From positions 6,047 to 70,046 of IMG/VR virus record IMGVR_UViG_3300022752_003244: a stretch of DNA of 64,000 nt. One strand, written 5' to 3'. A program made the translations under genes and the position numbers. Every line of letters starts with the position of its first letter. Within the stretch, counting starts at the first letter, position 1. Below the pieces are notes generated by a model. That model had not been told where the DNA came from. It saw only the letters and a list, made by a program, of their open reading frames with translations, and ran no database searches. Source of the DNA: a virus. Shown one piece after another: positions 51,701 through 58,638 of this stretch.

Positions 51701-52692
51701 ACACGTCATATACAACATATGTGGTTACCGCATCTACTGCTAATAGTATTAATCAAAATAATTTAACACAGGCAATAAAGAGAGCTGGTGTTAGTAATGA
51801 GTTAGGTGCTGCAATCTTTATATTATGTTACTTGAGAACATATAAAGAAAATGTGTTTAATGGTTATAACAATAACTATTCAATGGTAACCCTTGACAAA
51901 AAATATCAAACCACATTAGATTCCAATCCGGGATTTGTTAATAAAACTTATTGTTGTATATCAAGCAAGGCAATATCTACAACCAAGTCAATTGCAATTA
52001 TTAATTTTAAAACTTTAGATTTGTTTGTTGGTTTTATGAAATCAATTTTACAACCCAAAATTAATCAAATTAAGGACATGGGTATCTATAAATTTTATTA
52101 TTGTAGTGAATGGCAGGACAATTTTATTACAGTTGAAAATTTCAATGCGGGTAAAGATACTACGTATAAAAAAACACTTGATGATATTAATTCGGCATTA
52201 TCACTTATTAAAGACCCATTGACTGGATTTGATTTAGGAAGTGAAACGGATATTAAAAAATTTGTTTATGGTAAGAGTTATACTCCCACTCCAACACCTA
52301 CACCGTCACAAGTTGTAAATCCTACACCACAAAATGTTGTAAGTACACTAACAATAGAAAGAATAAAGGCGGGTAATAACGACACTAAAATAACATTTAA
52401 AGTTGCTAGTAATGTTGGAAAGTGGAAAATATCTGATATAAAATTCAATTTACCATCTAACTCGCCTGTAGGTATTCGGGATGGCTCAACAGGAAGTAGA
52501 GTAACTGACGAACAGTGGTATGTTAATCCATATGGATTGGTGGTTCAATTAAATCCAACAAATCGTTTATTGTCCGGAAGTTATAATTTTTCATTCCAAG
52601 TAACCGTTATACCAATAACAAGTAATGGAGACCCCGATACTACAAGGTCGACAAAATATGAAATAATTACAAGTAACGTTGTAATTCCATAA
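45748..52692 (+). CDS. giant baseplate hub protein (gp27/VgrG-like termini)
   Basis: N-terminal LGITSINV..PTVTMSLEDVQG; C-proximal GNAMIQPTMYF...FNGPYFITDVSHVI....QTSF; PT linker near the end. Confidence 0.6.
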   Translation: MAGDSIKGDQSGNILVDFDYNNIILVDPNKIKDSKGKISERLVDHENMVMYANLEAELLPRTKLNVGSSPDKIRTISIAKLNFLKPNNGREFTTQYYDELTGKGTTQGNGSNQINSTYIPPSNGERGYNRLDVSSDGGQGSIDNGLLGITSINVKISGSFIPTVTMSLEDVQGRALFQLGENSPYSAFFHLPYPPFYLTLKGYFGQAVRYQLNLTKFNANFNSMGGNYRIDLEFQGYKYNILNEITMGFVMGTPHMYSSRFDISNSTSTATPSSSLKAQASQQSEISQNSSNSKQTVVKQMFVEKGYQKILEVYNEYKVKGLIDKNVPELTIQQLMDKLQKFEDTIMDNFKKADVQPLTDIRNYQEKLKNIYGIVYSDPNSFFSQYVNPKPFIGIDGTYYYAYKDEIKDEDEVKVFSKVTGDISNYNKVLDENPTLGKNGSNPITNKITASCLTATTTPDKIDWERTTTEQDGIVSPTVFQVEQLISRYKNLFKPKVVGSVGDVAKSIFSQSAPGEKYTTAVNKGPSIVIEKPYFFVIDGKDRFKQIVNEMNATANKILSEYETKITKELRDKIEDKKTGLGFTPTVRNIIAIIMASAEGFIRLLDDVHTKAWNVRLDPVRKSAILNNTSSVPSVETKNVVQTTTENSSNSGLSQIPVFPWPQYFVESLDEKNKYQIKYPGDPSEINRTQAYNYDKWPEVEFVEELINGITKTNQAPSTPTPSDVAEFTPLLNINAIEFPQSDVIYANKQEIKYFYEIWERQFLTSRYENYARITEKSGSEFENLIQLISDVESSNILDTLGVSNPSLNMKLKEYAFKAEDYIESLKSFSRDGHSDSWKNFIKDIFVTPYIKSMTDQPNKLLTTENLGKQTTSKVDRSKLDIIVKSTYTNKPIVLDTVPFTNEDWVSKNVVDVPNQNSLYNTTKTLLINEQTNIISDFNDINNYTTNRPVTNFSYMEVSNPLAIANAYSPQSLTSFIKDFYYKRTPSQFVPSEGFCYFTTPKNQNATNFGALTQNLPIRTTTSMLNTPFFINSIVEGVAAEKSGLDYPYLESSYLFINSLPLISLRERLKTKGTSLSDLDYMFANLKKFASIHKLPYAWILKIGSLWYRYKNFIQTGNDILSSTIWADTDYKKNFDPVSSNPQKKYILTVNGKTGTTIQLEAVTTNATTIQTGFFPKLIDEFNYFYRGYNLYKTFSDQEIQESINGGLKLFNFTKSNLNLTQLVPPSIIPTTLNLFTWSVLLPGDNKYYTLPSWGGDQNQIIDSMVENNGLVAGASLIGNPSVYNGSTRLLWNAPNYGYFDKSQIKKPNYTDYLNKIDGSSGNLSPFALLNKDEYSKIEDIFSVFDKSMLDTFETEFLNFSKSAKNAQTLGKSQSILFKDPANASITFTNFQLLFRNLMTLRTKNNKESEEQYFTNSITEQFTTYNNIIEDFLNYDVILKLGNPSNYDRFIFDSVLLHLSGTPSSFVTYLETPEIFKPYLAGTLPSVNGGVTLRASQALSVANNQAWNELYLSVGFSTINELVYKDSGSYITDFFIDNNIEFTADNVKKLASIIKIYATQKLVDSKMNSSKFFKLLNDYFKSCNKLQNDSLNRVLTKIRKTLPNYSEAPEKTINSSVSGNQPKVDIWENLKALNDKWIAGGDFTSKTFLEDILMLDKASRNVGDTLYIDIFSLRDFLSEKSNIGAMSVYSCIANILIFNKFTIMNLPSYVNFYNKQDVDGTDQVKLESTSKFADNMWGTFLGVDYRESGPKLVCFFTGTPSRYLDLDESKNFLFRSDGIQLDKSNPLNESQEGKKDYALSNRCVGFNVDIGIRNQNVFHSFNVSQAAGKGTSESISTLYNMMQQAGGRNTSTQNVSLYNYYSQRSYGCEVVGFGNAMIQPTMYFNLKHVPMFNGPYFITDVSHVITPGTFQTSFNGTRQGVYDLPSIDTYLQSINQNLLTKLEQLVKNSNEETQTSNSSGLQNNAGQTIQSSSNAPDTENSCKPDTSYTTYVVTASTANSINQNNLTQAIKRAGVSNELGAAIFILCYLRTYKENVFNGYNNNYSMVTLDKKYQTTLDSNPGFVNKTYCCISSKAISTTKSIAIINFKTLDLFVGFMKSILQPKINQIKDMGIYKFYYCSEWQDNFITVENFNAGKDTTYKKTLDDINSALSLIKDPLTGFDLGSETDIKKFVYGKSYTPTPTPTPSQVVNPTPQNVVSTLTIERIKAGNNDTKITFKVASNVGKWKISDIKFNLPSNSPVGIRDGSTGSRVTDEQWYVNPYGLVVQLNPTNRLLSGSYNFSFQVTVIPITSNGDPDTTRSTKYEIITSNVVIP

Positions 52693-52723
52693 AACTTTGA
52701 TATTTATAAATAAAACATATAAT

Positions 52724-52948
52724 ATGGACTTAACATCAAAATTAAACAACTATCTTGGAAAACAGGGACAATACTCAGAACAATCTATGGGTAATGGAAC
52801 AAAAGAAGTTTGTGATTTAGAAACAGGAGATTGTTACGTTGTTAGAGAAAAAGACGGACTTATTGAAAGAGCCGGACATCAAACAACTGTAAATAGACAA
52901 GTAAAAGTAGAAACCGTAAGAGGTATAAAACAATTATTAAACGATTAA
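52724..52948 (+). CDS. hypothetical protein
   Basis: Likely start MDLTSK at 52724; EVCDLETGDCY motif; TATTTAT at 52701. Confidence 0.65.
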   Translation: MDLTSKLNNYLGKQGQYSEQSMGNGTKEVCDLETGDCYVVREKDGLIERAGHQTTVNRQVKVETVRGIKQLLND

Positions 52949-52953
52949 TTAAA

Positions 52954-53613
52954 ATGGCAATTGATAAGAAGATTCTTAGAGAAATAGAAAGATATAGAAG
53001 TATTAATAAATATATTATGGAGCAAGATGCTCCTCCGCCACCTCCTCCACCTGCGGAAGGGGATGCGGGTGCACCACCACCTTCACCTGAACCGGGAGGA
53101 GATGCGGGAGCACCACCACCTGCGGGAGGTGCCGATGCGGAGGCACAACCAATTGACGTTTCTGCGGATGATGAAGTTGAAAAAATTGATAATAAGGGAA
53201 AATCCGAAGAAGGGGAGGATGATACTGAAGAGTTAGAGATAACTGATTTAGTTACATCACAGGAAAATATTGAAAAAAAGCAAGAAGAATATTTTAATAA
53301 TTTATTTTCACAATTATCTAACTTGGAATCCAAGTTGGTTGATATGGACCAAATTGTTGCCAAACTTAATAGTTTGGAGAACAAGATTGAGAAGTATAGA
53401 GAAAAAACACCACAAGAGAAATTGGAATTAAGGAGTTATGATTCATATCCTTTTAATCAAAAGTTATCTGATTTTTTTACAGATAAACAAGCTGATATGG
53501 AAAAAACAGGAAAAAATGAATATGTTTTAACTACTGATGATATAACAGATATTTCAGACGGTGAGATTAAAAATACTTTTTCACCAAACGATGAAGACGA
53601 AACTACGATGTAA
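52954..53613 (+). CDS. Pro/acidic linker plus coiled-coil protein (possible scaffold / internal head protein)
   Basis: Poly-Pro, D/E-rich, heptad region, SYPFNQKLSDFF. Confidence 0.65.
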   Translation: MAIDKKILREIERYRSINKYIMEQDAPPPPPPPAEGDAGAPPPSPEPGGDAGAPPPAGGADAEAQPIDVSADDEVEKIDNKGKSEEGEDDTEELEITDLVTSQENIEKKQEEYFNNLFSQLSNLESKLVDMDQIVAKLNSLENKIEKYREKTPQEKLELRSYDSYPFNQKLSDFFTDKQADMEKTGKNEYVLTTDDITDISDGEIKNTFSPNDEDETTM

Positions 53614-53639
53614 TTATTAAATTTTTAAAAATATATATT

Positions 53640-53669
53640 TGGATATCACAAATCGTGATATCCATTTTT
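53640..53669 (+). terminator. Rho-independent terminator
   Basis: TGGATATCAC-loop-GTGATATCCA plus T-run. Confidence 0.7.
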
Positions 53670-53674
53670 ATTTA

Positions 53675-53706
53675 TTTGACATAAGCAAAAACTATTACTA
53701 TACTTG
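53675..53706 (+). promoter_or_regulatory. early/middle promoter of the SSB gene
   Basis: TTGACA (53676)-N17-TATACT(TG) (53699). Confidence 0.7.
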
Positions 53707-53738
53707 TAATATAAATAAACAATTAAAATTAAACAACT

Positions 53739-54590
53739 ATGATGAGTGCACTCGACGCCGTATTGGCACAGTATGAAAAAAATCAAAGTTCTGGCGGAGC
53801 CCAAAACAAGATGTCGCAAGACGAAAGAATGAAAAAGTATTTTGCTTTGTTATTAGGAGACAAAGAAAAATCAGGACAAAGAAGAATTAGAATCCTACCA
53901 ACACCCGATGGTTCTTCACCATTTAAAGAGGCTTGGTACCATGAAATCCAAGTTGGAGGTCAATGGCAAAAATTCTTTGACCCGGGAAAGAATGACAACG
54001 AACGTTCACCACTAAATGAGGTTTACGAAGAATTAAATTCTACGGGTAAAGAATCTGATAAAGAATTAGCAAAACAATACAAATCTCGTAAATTCTACAT
54101 TGTTAAAGTTATTGACAGAGACAAAGAAGAAGACGGACCAAAGTTTTGGAGATTCAAACACAACTATAAGAATGATGGTATTCTTGATAAAATCATTCCT
54201 ATTTGGAAGAACAAGGGTGATGTAACAGATGCTGAAAAGGGTCGTGATTTGATTATTGAATTAACAAAATCAAAGACAGGTAAAGGTAAAGAGTATACTT
54301 CGGTATCTACCATTATGTATGACGACGTTCAACCACTTTCGGAGGATAAAGACCAAATGAAAGAGTGGATGAGTGATGAGTTAACTTGGAGAGATGTCTA
54401 TTCTAAAAAACCTGTTGAGTATTTGGAGGCAATCGCACAAGGAAAAACACCGAAATGGGATAATGACAAAGGTGGTTATGTGTATGGAGATAGTGAAGAA
54501 TCTACTACAACTATTGGTGGTGGTTCAAAATCTAAATCTTATGTTGACCCTCAAATGGATTCTGAGGTTGACACAGAGTTACCATTCTAA
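53739..54590 (+). CDS. single-stranded DNA-binding protein (T4 gp32-like)
   Basis: RIRILP, VKVIDRD..E.GPKFWRF, GRDLII and acidic C-terminus ending ELPF. Confidence 0.75.
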   Translation: MMSALDAVLAQYEKNQSSGGAQNKMSQDERMKKYFALLLGDKEKSGQRRIRILPTPDGSSPFKEAWYHEIQVGGQWQKFFDPGKNDNERSPLNEVYEELNSTGKESDKELAKQYKSRKFYIVKVIDRDKEEDGPKFWRFKHNYKNDGILDKIIPIWKNKGDVTDAEKGRDLIIELTKSKTGKGKEYTSVSTIMYDDVQPLSEDKDQMKEWMSDELTWRDVYSKKPVEYLEAIAQGKTPKWDNDKGGYVYGDSEESTTTIGGGSKSKSYVDPQMDSEVDTELPF

Positions 54591-54605
54591 TTAAACTTAA
54601 ACTTT

Positions 54606-54635
54606 AAGGGTGGGGATAAAACCTCACCCTTTTTT
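54606..54635 (+). terminator. Rho-independent terminator
   Basis: AAGGGTGGGG / CCTCACCCTT plus T-run. Confidence 0.8.
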
Positions 54636-54648
54636 AATCGTTAAATTT

Positions 54649-54870
54649 ATGACTTACAAATTAAAAACAGAACCCGAGATTGTTTACTATATGGAAACGA
54701 AAGAGTGTACCATAGAGGATGAAAATGGGGTTCAACACGAAATAAGGATTAGCGAACATAGTAAAGGAGGTGACTTTTTTATACTTGAAGAAGGTATATG
54801 GAAAGAAATAATAGATAAAGAATTAATGACTTGGATTGTTGAAGATTTACCTAACGAAGAAATACAATAA
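54649..54870 (+). CDS. hypothetical acidic protein
   Basis: ATG at 54649, after the terminator, is preferred over the track's GTG at 54610. Confidence 0.6.
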   Translation: MTYKLKTEPEIVYYMETKECTIEDENGVQHEIRISEHSKGGDFFILEEGIWKEIIDKELMTWIVEDLPNEEIQ

Positions 54871-55814
54871 TGAAAAAACTAATAATACACCATCAAGTTA
54901 ACTATAATAATTATAAAATTAGATATTTTAATATATTTTTTAATAATTTAATTAGATATATTTCATATAAAAACGAAGTTATTATTAACGGATATTCAAA
55001 AAATTCTCATAAAAAACGTAACCCTATTGTATTAGATTTAGATGAATCTGAAAATCCAAGGACAATAAATCTTGGAGATTGTGAGATGATAATAGAAGAT
55101 TTTGATACAAAAAAGGCTAAAGTTTTTAGTGTTGCGGATATTGTTTCAGACGATATTATTAATCTACAATCAAACGATAATATAACCGATATTTACATAA
55201 GTCAATTTAATAGAAAAAAAATAGAAATTTTAGTTGATGAAAAATTCAGATATAAATATAAACCTTGGATTTACTTTAAAGCAAATGATTTTGATTTAGA
55301 TTATTTTTATCATCAAAGAAAAAAATCAAATTTTTTCTTTGATAAATTATACTTCAGAGGTGATTTACGTATTAGAAATATTGTAAATAAATTAGATAAT
55401 AATTTTTTTTATGGTGGAGAGTCGTTAAATGCACCATTTGAAAAATATATTGAAGAAATGATTAAATATTCCGTAGGATTATCAATTTCAGGTGTTGGGG
55501 AGTTTTGTTACAGAGATGTTGAATATATGGCAATCGGGATACCATTTATTAGGTTTGAATACCTTAGTGAAATGAGACAACCATTAATACCTAACTATCA
55601 TTATATATCAATCGATAGACCTGATGATTTAAAAAATATAAATGATAATTGGGGTTCCCAAAGTCATGCAAAAATGATTATAGATAGGTTTTTGGAGGTA
55701 AAAGACGATAAAAATTTTTTAGAATTTATATCAAAAAATGCTAGAAAATATTATGAAGATTATTTAAGTCCGGAAAATAGTATTAACAACACAATCAGTT
55801 TATTAAATTTTTAA
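54870..55814 (+). CDS. putative GT-B glycosyltransferase (CAP10/GT90-like C-terminus)
   Basis: LYFRG, CYRDVEYMAIG.P, PNYHYI, ISKNARKYY. Confidence 0.55.
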   Translation: MKKLIIHHQVNYNNYKIRYFNIFFNNLIRYISYKNEVIINGYSKNSHKKRNPIVLDLDESENPRTINLGDCEMIIEDFDTKKAKVFSVADIVSDDIINLQSNDNITDIYISQFNRKKIEILVDEKFRYKYKPWIYFKANDFDLDYFYHQRKKSNFFFDKLYFRGDLRIRNIVNKLDNNFFYGGESLNAPFEKYIEEMIKYSVGLSISGVGEFCYRDVEYMAIGIPFIRFEYLSEMRQPLIPNYHYISIDRPDDLKNINDNWGSQSHAKMIIDRFLEVKDDKNFLEFISKNARKYYEDYLSPENSINNTISLLNF

Positions 55815-55833
55815 AAATAAAAAAAAATAATTT

Positions 55834-56829
55834 ATGGCAGGAATTAAGAAAAAAGACATCGGAGGAATTGGGAACATAAAAGATAAGTTCTCAACCAAAA
55901 CAAAATATAAAGAAACAAACTACTACAATTGTGGTGAGGCCTTTCATAATGCTTGTGGAGTGCCCGGACCTGTAATGGGTGGAATCAATATGTTCTTGGG
56001 ACATAGTAATAGTAGTAAGACAACCTCAATGATACTTGCGGCGGCAGATGCTCAAAAGAAAGGACATCTACCTGTGTTTATTATCACCGAGAAGAAATGG
56101 AGTTGGGACCACGCAGTTGAGTTGGGATTACAAGCAACAAAGAATGAAAACGGAGAATGGGACGGAGATTTTATCTTTAATGATTCGTTTGATTATATCG
56201 AACAAGTAACAGATTTTATTAATCAGGTATTGGACGCACAAGAAAAAGGTGAGGTTCCATATAACTTATTGTTCTTATGGGATTCGGTTGGTTCTATTCC
56301 TTGTAAAATGACGTTTGATGGTAAAGGTGGGAAACAGCATAACGCATCCACGTTAGCAGATAAGATTGGAATGGGAGTTCATTCAAGAATTACAAAGTCA
56401 AAGAAAGAGGATTATCCTTACTATAATACAATGGTTGTGGTTAATCAGCCTTGGGTTGAGTTACCGGACAATCCATTCGGACAACCAACGATTAAGGCGA
56501 AAGGTGGTGAGGCATTATGGTTGGCATCATCATTAGTGTTCTTATTCGGTAACCAAAAGAATGCGGGTATCAATCATATCACCGCAACTAAGAATGGTAG
56601 AACTGTATCGTACGCAATTAGAACAAAAATATCTATACTTAAAAACCACGTAAATGGTTTGGGTTATAAAGATGGTAAGGTTATTGCGGTTCATAACGGA
56701 TATATCCAAGACACCAAAGAAGATTTGGAAAAATATAAAAAGGATTATTCTCAATACTGGAACGCGATACTATCCGGAGACGGTGAGATAAAACTTGAAG
56801 AATCAGAAGAAGTAGAAATTACAGAATAA
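55834..56829 (+). CDS. RecA/UvsX-like recombinase
   Basis: Walker A-like GHSNSSKTT, IITE, Walker B FLWDSVG, VVNQ, KGGEA. Confidence 0.85.
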   Translation: MAGIKKKDIGGIGNIKDKFSTKTKYKETNYYNCGEAFHNACGVPGPVMGGINMFLGHSNSSKTTSMILAAADAQKKGHLPVFIITEKKWSWDHAVELGLQATKNENGEWDGDFIFNDSFDYIEQVTDFINQVLDAQEKGEVPYNLLFLWDSVGSIPCKMTFDGKGGKQHNASTLADKIGMGVHSRITKSKKEDYPYYNTMVVVNQPWVELPDNPFGQPTIKAKGGEALWLASSLVFLFGNQKNAGINHITATKNGRTVSYAIRTKISILKNHVNGLGYKDGKVIAVHNGYIQDTKEDLEKYKKDYSQYWNAILSGDGEIKLEESEEVEITE

Positions 56830-56834
56830 AAATT

Positions 56835-56862
56835 AACCCTACCCTTAAAGTGGGGTTTTTTA
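56835..56862 (+). terminator. Rho-independent terminator
   Basis: AACCCTAC / GTGGGGTT plus T-run. Confidence 0.7.
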
Positions 56863-56895
56863 TTAATGTGGTATATTTATATATAAAAATATATT

Positions 56896-57390
56896 ATGGG
56901 AAAAATTATAAGATTAACGGAAAACGATTTAACAAGATTGGTTAGAAGAGTAATAAAGGAATCGGAACAAAATGTGGCTGCGGAACAAGCGGTATCAGAA
57001 ATTAATTCTATGTTAACGAGTGATGGATTGCCGGGGATTAGTTTAGTTACACTTGCAGATGACGACGAATTAGAAAATATGGAAAAAACATATTCAGTAG
57101 GACCGGAGCCAAGTACAAATAAAAATGTGGATGTCAAAGCATTAGAAGAAAAAGTTAAAAATTATTTTTGTAGTATAAAGGATAATAAAGATAGTTTGAA
57201 AAGTGAGTTAAGAAAATTATTAAATTTAAGAAAAAGTAAGAAATCTATTAAGGAGGGGATTGACAAAGGTGAAATGGTTTGGGTGATAGGGTTTGCAATA
57301 ATTTTGTTAATTGTTTTAATTACGGGAGTAAGAAGTAGGAGATATGGTTGTCCTGTTAACGCATGGACTGGATTTGGTTCTGGAAGATAA
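56896..57390 (+). CDS. hypothetical protein with N-terminal IRLTENDL..LVRRVIKE motif and a C-terminal TM helix
   Basis: Sequence motifs; own TATTTAT (56874) and terminator. Confidence 0.7.
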   Translation: MGKIIRLTENDLTRLVRRVIKESEQNVAAEQAVSEINSMLTSDGLPGISLVTLADDDELENMEKTYSVGPEPSTNKNVDVKALEEKVKNYFCSIKDNKDSLKSELRKLLNLRKSKKSIKEGIDKGEMVWVIGFAIILLIVLITGVRSRRYGCPVNAWTGFGSGR

Positions 57391-57409
57391 TTAATTATTA
57401 ATATAATAT

Positions 57410-57435
57410 AACCCCTCAAATTAGAGGGGTTTTTT
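57410..57435 (+). terminator. Rho-independent terminator
   Basis: AACCCCTC / GAGGGGTT plus T-run. Confidence 0.8.
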
Positions 57436-57503
57436 ATTTACTTTTTTTGGTGTGATGTTATTATTGTAAATTTTTTTTGTATTTATATATAAACAACTAA
57501 CCT

Positions 57504-57758
57504 ATGAAAAATTTTTTTACTAGACTTTTAAGTCAAGACACACCAGAATCAAGCAAAAGGTTCGCGGCACTAATTTCATTATTCACAATAATTTTTGTTA
57601 CTTTAGTTGCAACATTTAAAGCTGAAAATTGGGTTACACCTGAATTTATGTTTGATGCTCTCGCTCTTATTGTTGGAGGGGGACTTGGTCTTACGGTGGT
57701 GGAGAAAATATTCACAAAAAAAACACCTGACTCATCAAATAAACCCCCGATTGAATAA
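57504..57758 (+). CDS. small two-TM membrane protein (holin-like)
   Basis: SSKRF, two hydrophobic helices, GLGLTVVEK; TATTTAT at 57480. Confidence 0.6.
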   Translation: MKNFFTRLLSQDTPESSKRFAALISLFTIIFVTLVATFKAENWVTPEFMFDALALIVGGGLGLTVVEKIFTKKTPDSSNKPPIE

Positions 57759-57784
57759 CCTAACAAGTAAAATATTAAAACCAC

Positions 57785-57809
57785 CCCTCCCCCATAAAGG
57801 AGGGTTTTT
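57785..57809 (+). terminator. Rho-independent terminator
   Basis: CCCTCC / GGAGGG plus T-run. Confidence 0.65.
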
Positions 57810-57832
57810 AATTATAAGTGATATTTAGTATT

Positions 57833-58168
57833 ATGGAATATCCTAATCCAAATTGGAAAGCAAAGGCGGTAAAAAAATTTATATTATCATATTATCCTCA
57901 AGTTGAAAATGTGGAGATAACGTATTATACAGAAGACATTCCGGAAATTAAAGTATTTTTTAAACAAGAAGATAAAAGAATCCCAAACGAAGATTGGGTT
58001 TTACGACAAGAAATTAGAGACGATGTTAAAGATTATTTTGGGTTCAAACTAATTTACCCTCTTATGCATAATTCGAAGGGAAATGAAACAGAATCCGATA
58101 TGTATCTTAGAGTATCGTCTTTAAACTACGACCCATTCTGGCGTGAGAATGAACCAAATGATGATTAA
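57833..58168 (+). CDS. hypothetical protein
   Basis: ATG at 57833, 4 nt after TATTTAG. Confidence 0.6.
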   Translation: MEYPNPNWKAKAVKKFILSYYPQVENVEITYYTEDIPEIKVFFKQEDKRIPNEDWVLRQEIRDDVKDYFGFKLIYPLMHNSKGNETESDMYLRVSSLNYDPFWRENEPNDD

Positions 58169-58255
58169 TTATTTAATCTTATTCCCAATAAAGACAAGAT
58201 TTTATTTTTCATTTACTATTTACTTTTACTAAGTATTTATTATAAACCCTATCCT

Positions 58256-58567
58256 ATGTTTAGTACTGGTAATATAATCGTCACATCAATAGCGGTTTCT
58301 TTAAGTATGATATTCATAATGATATCTGCTTGGTACGTCAAAAAATTATTTGTTTCAGAAACTAAAGATTTATTAGTTAGGTTTATTCTAATTGTGTTTG
58401 GTTCATTAGTTGGTGTTTTTATTGTTGATAAAGTTGTTGCATTTAAAATACCGCTATTGTCGGTTTCTCAAAATGAAAATTTATTTGATTTAATTAAAAC
58501 ATTAATATTAATGATATTCTCATATTATTTTGGAACTCAAAAAGGTGCGGATAGAAAAGAAGAATAA
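58256..58567 (+). CDS. three-TM membrane protein (holin-like)
   Basis: Three hydrophobic helices, SYYFG motif, charged tail; TATTTAT at 58234. Confidence 0.6.
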   Translation: MFSTGNIIVTSIAVSLSMIFIMISAWYVKKLFVSETKDLLVRFILIVFGSLVGVFIVDKVVAFKIPLLSVSQNENLFDLIKTLILMIFSYYFGTQKGADRKEE

Positions 58568-58568
58568 G

Positions 58569-58599
58569 TTTGACTTGTCAATATTTTACAACTATACTT
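58569..58599 (+). promoter_or_regulatory. early/middle promoter of the exonuclease-helicase operon
   Basis: TTGACT (58570)-N17-TATACT (58593). Confidence 0.7.
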
Positions 58600-58638
58600 A
58601 ATTCAGAAACAATATTTTATCACCTCACAAATGGATAA

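Noticed and set aside
32856-52692. Bacterial extracellular contractile injection system or tailocin
   Set aside because: Embedded among phage neck genes, PolB, SSB, UvsX, helicase and RNR, with no bacterial housekeeping genes
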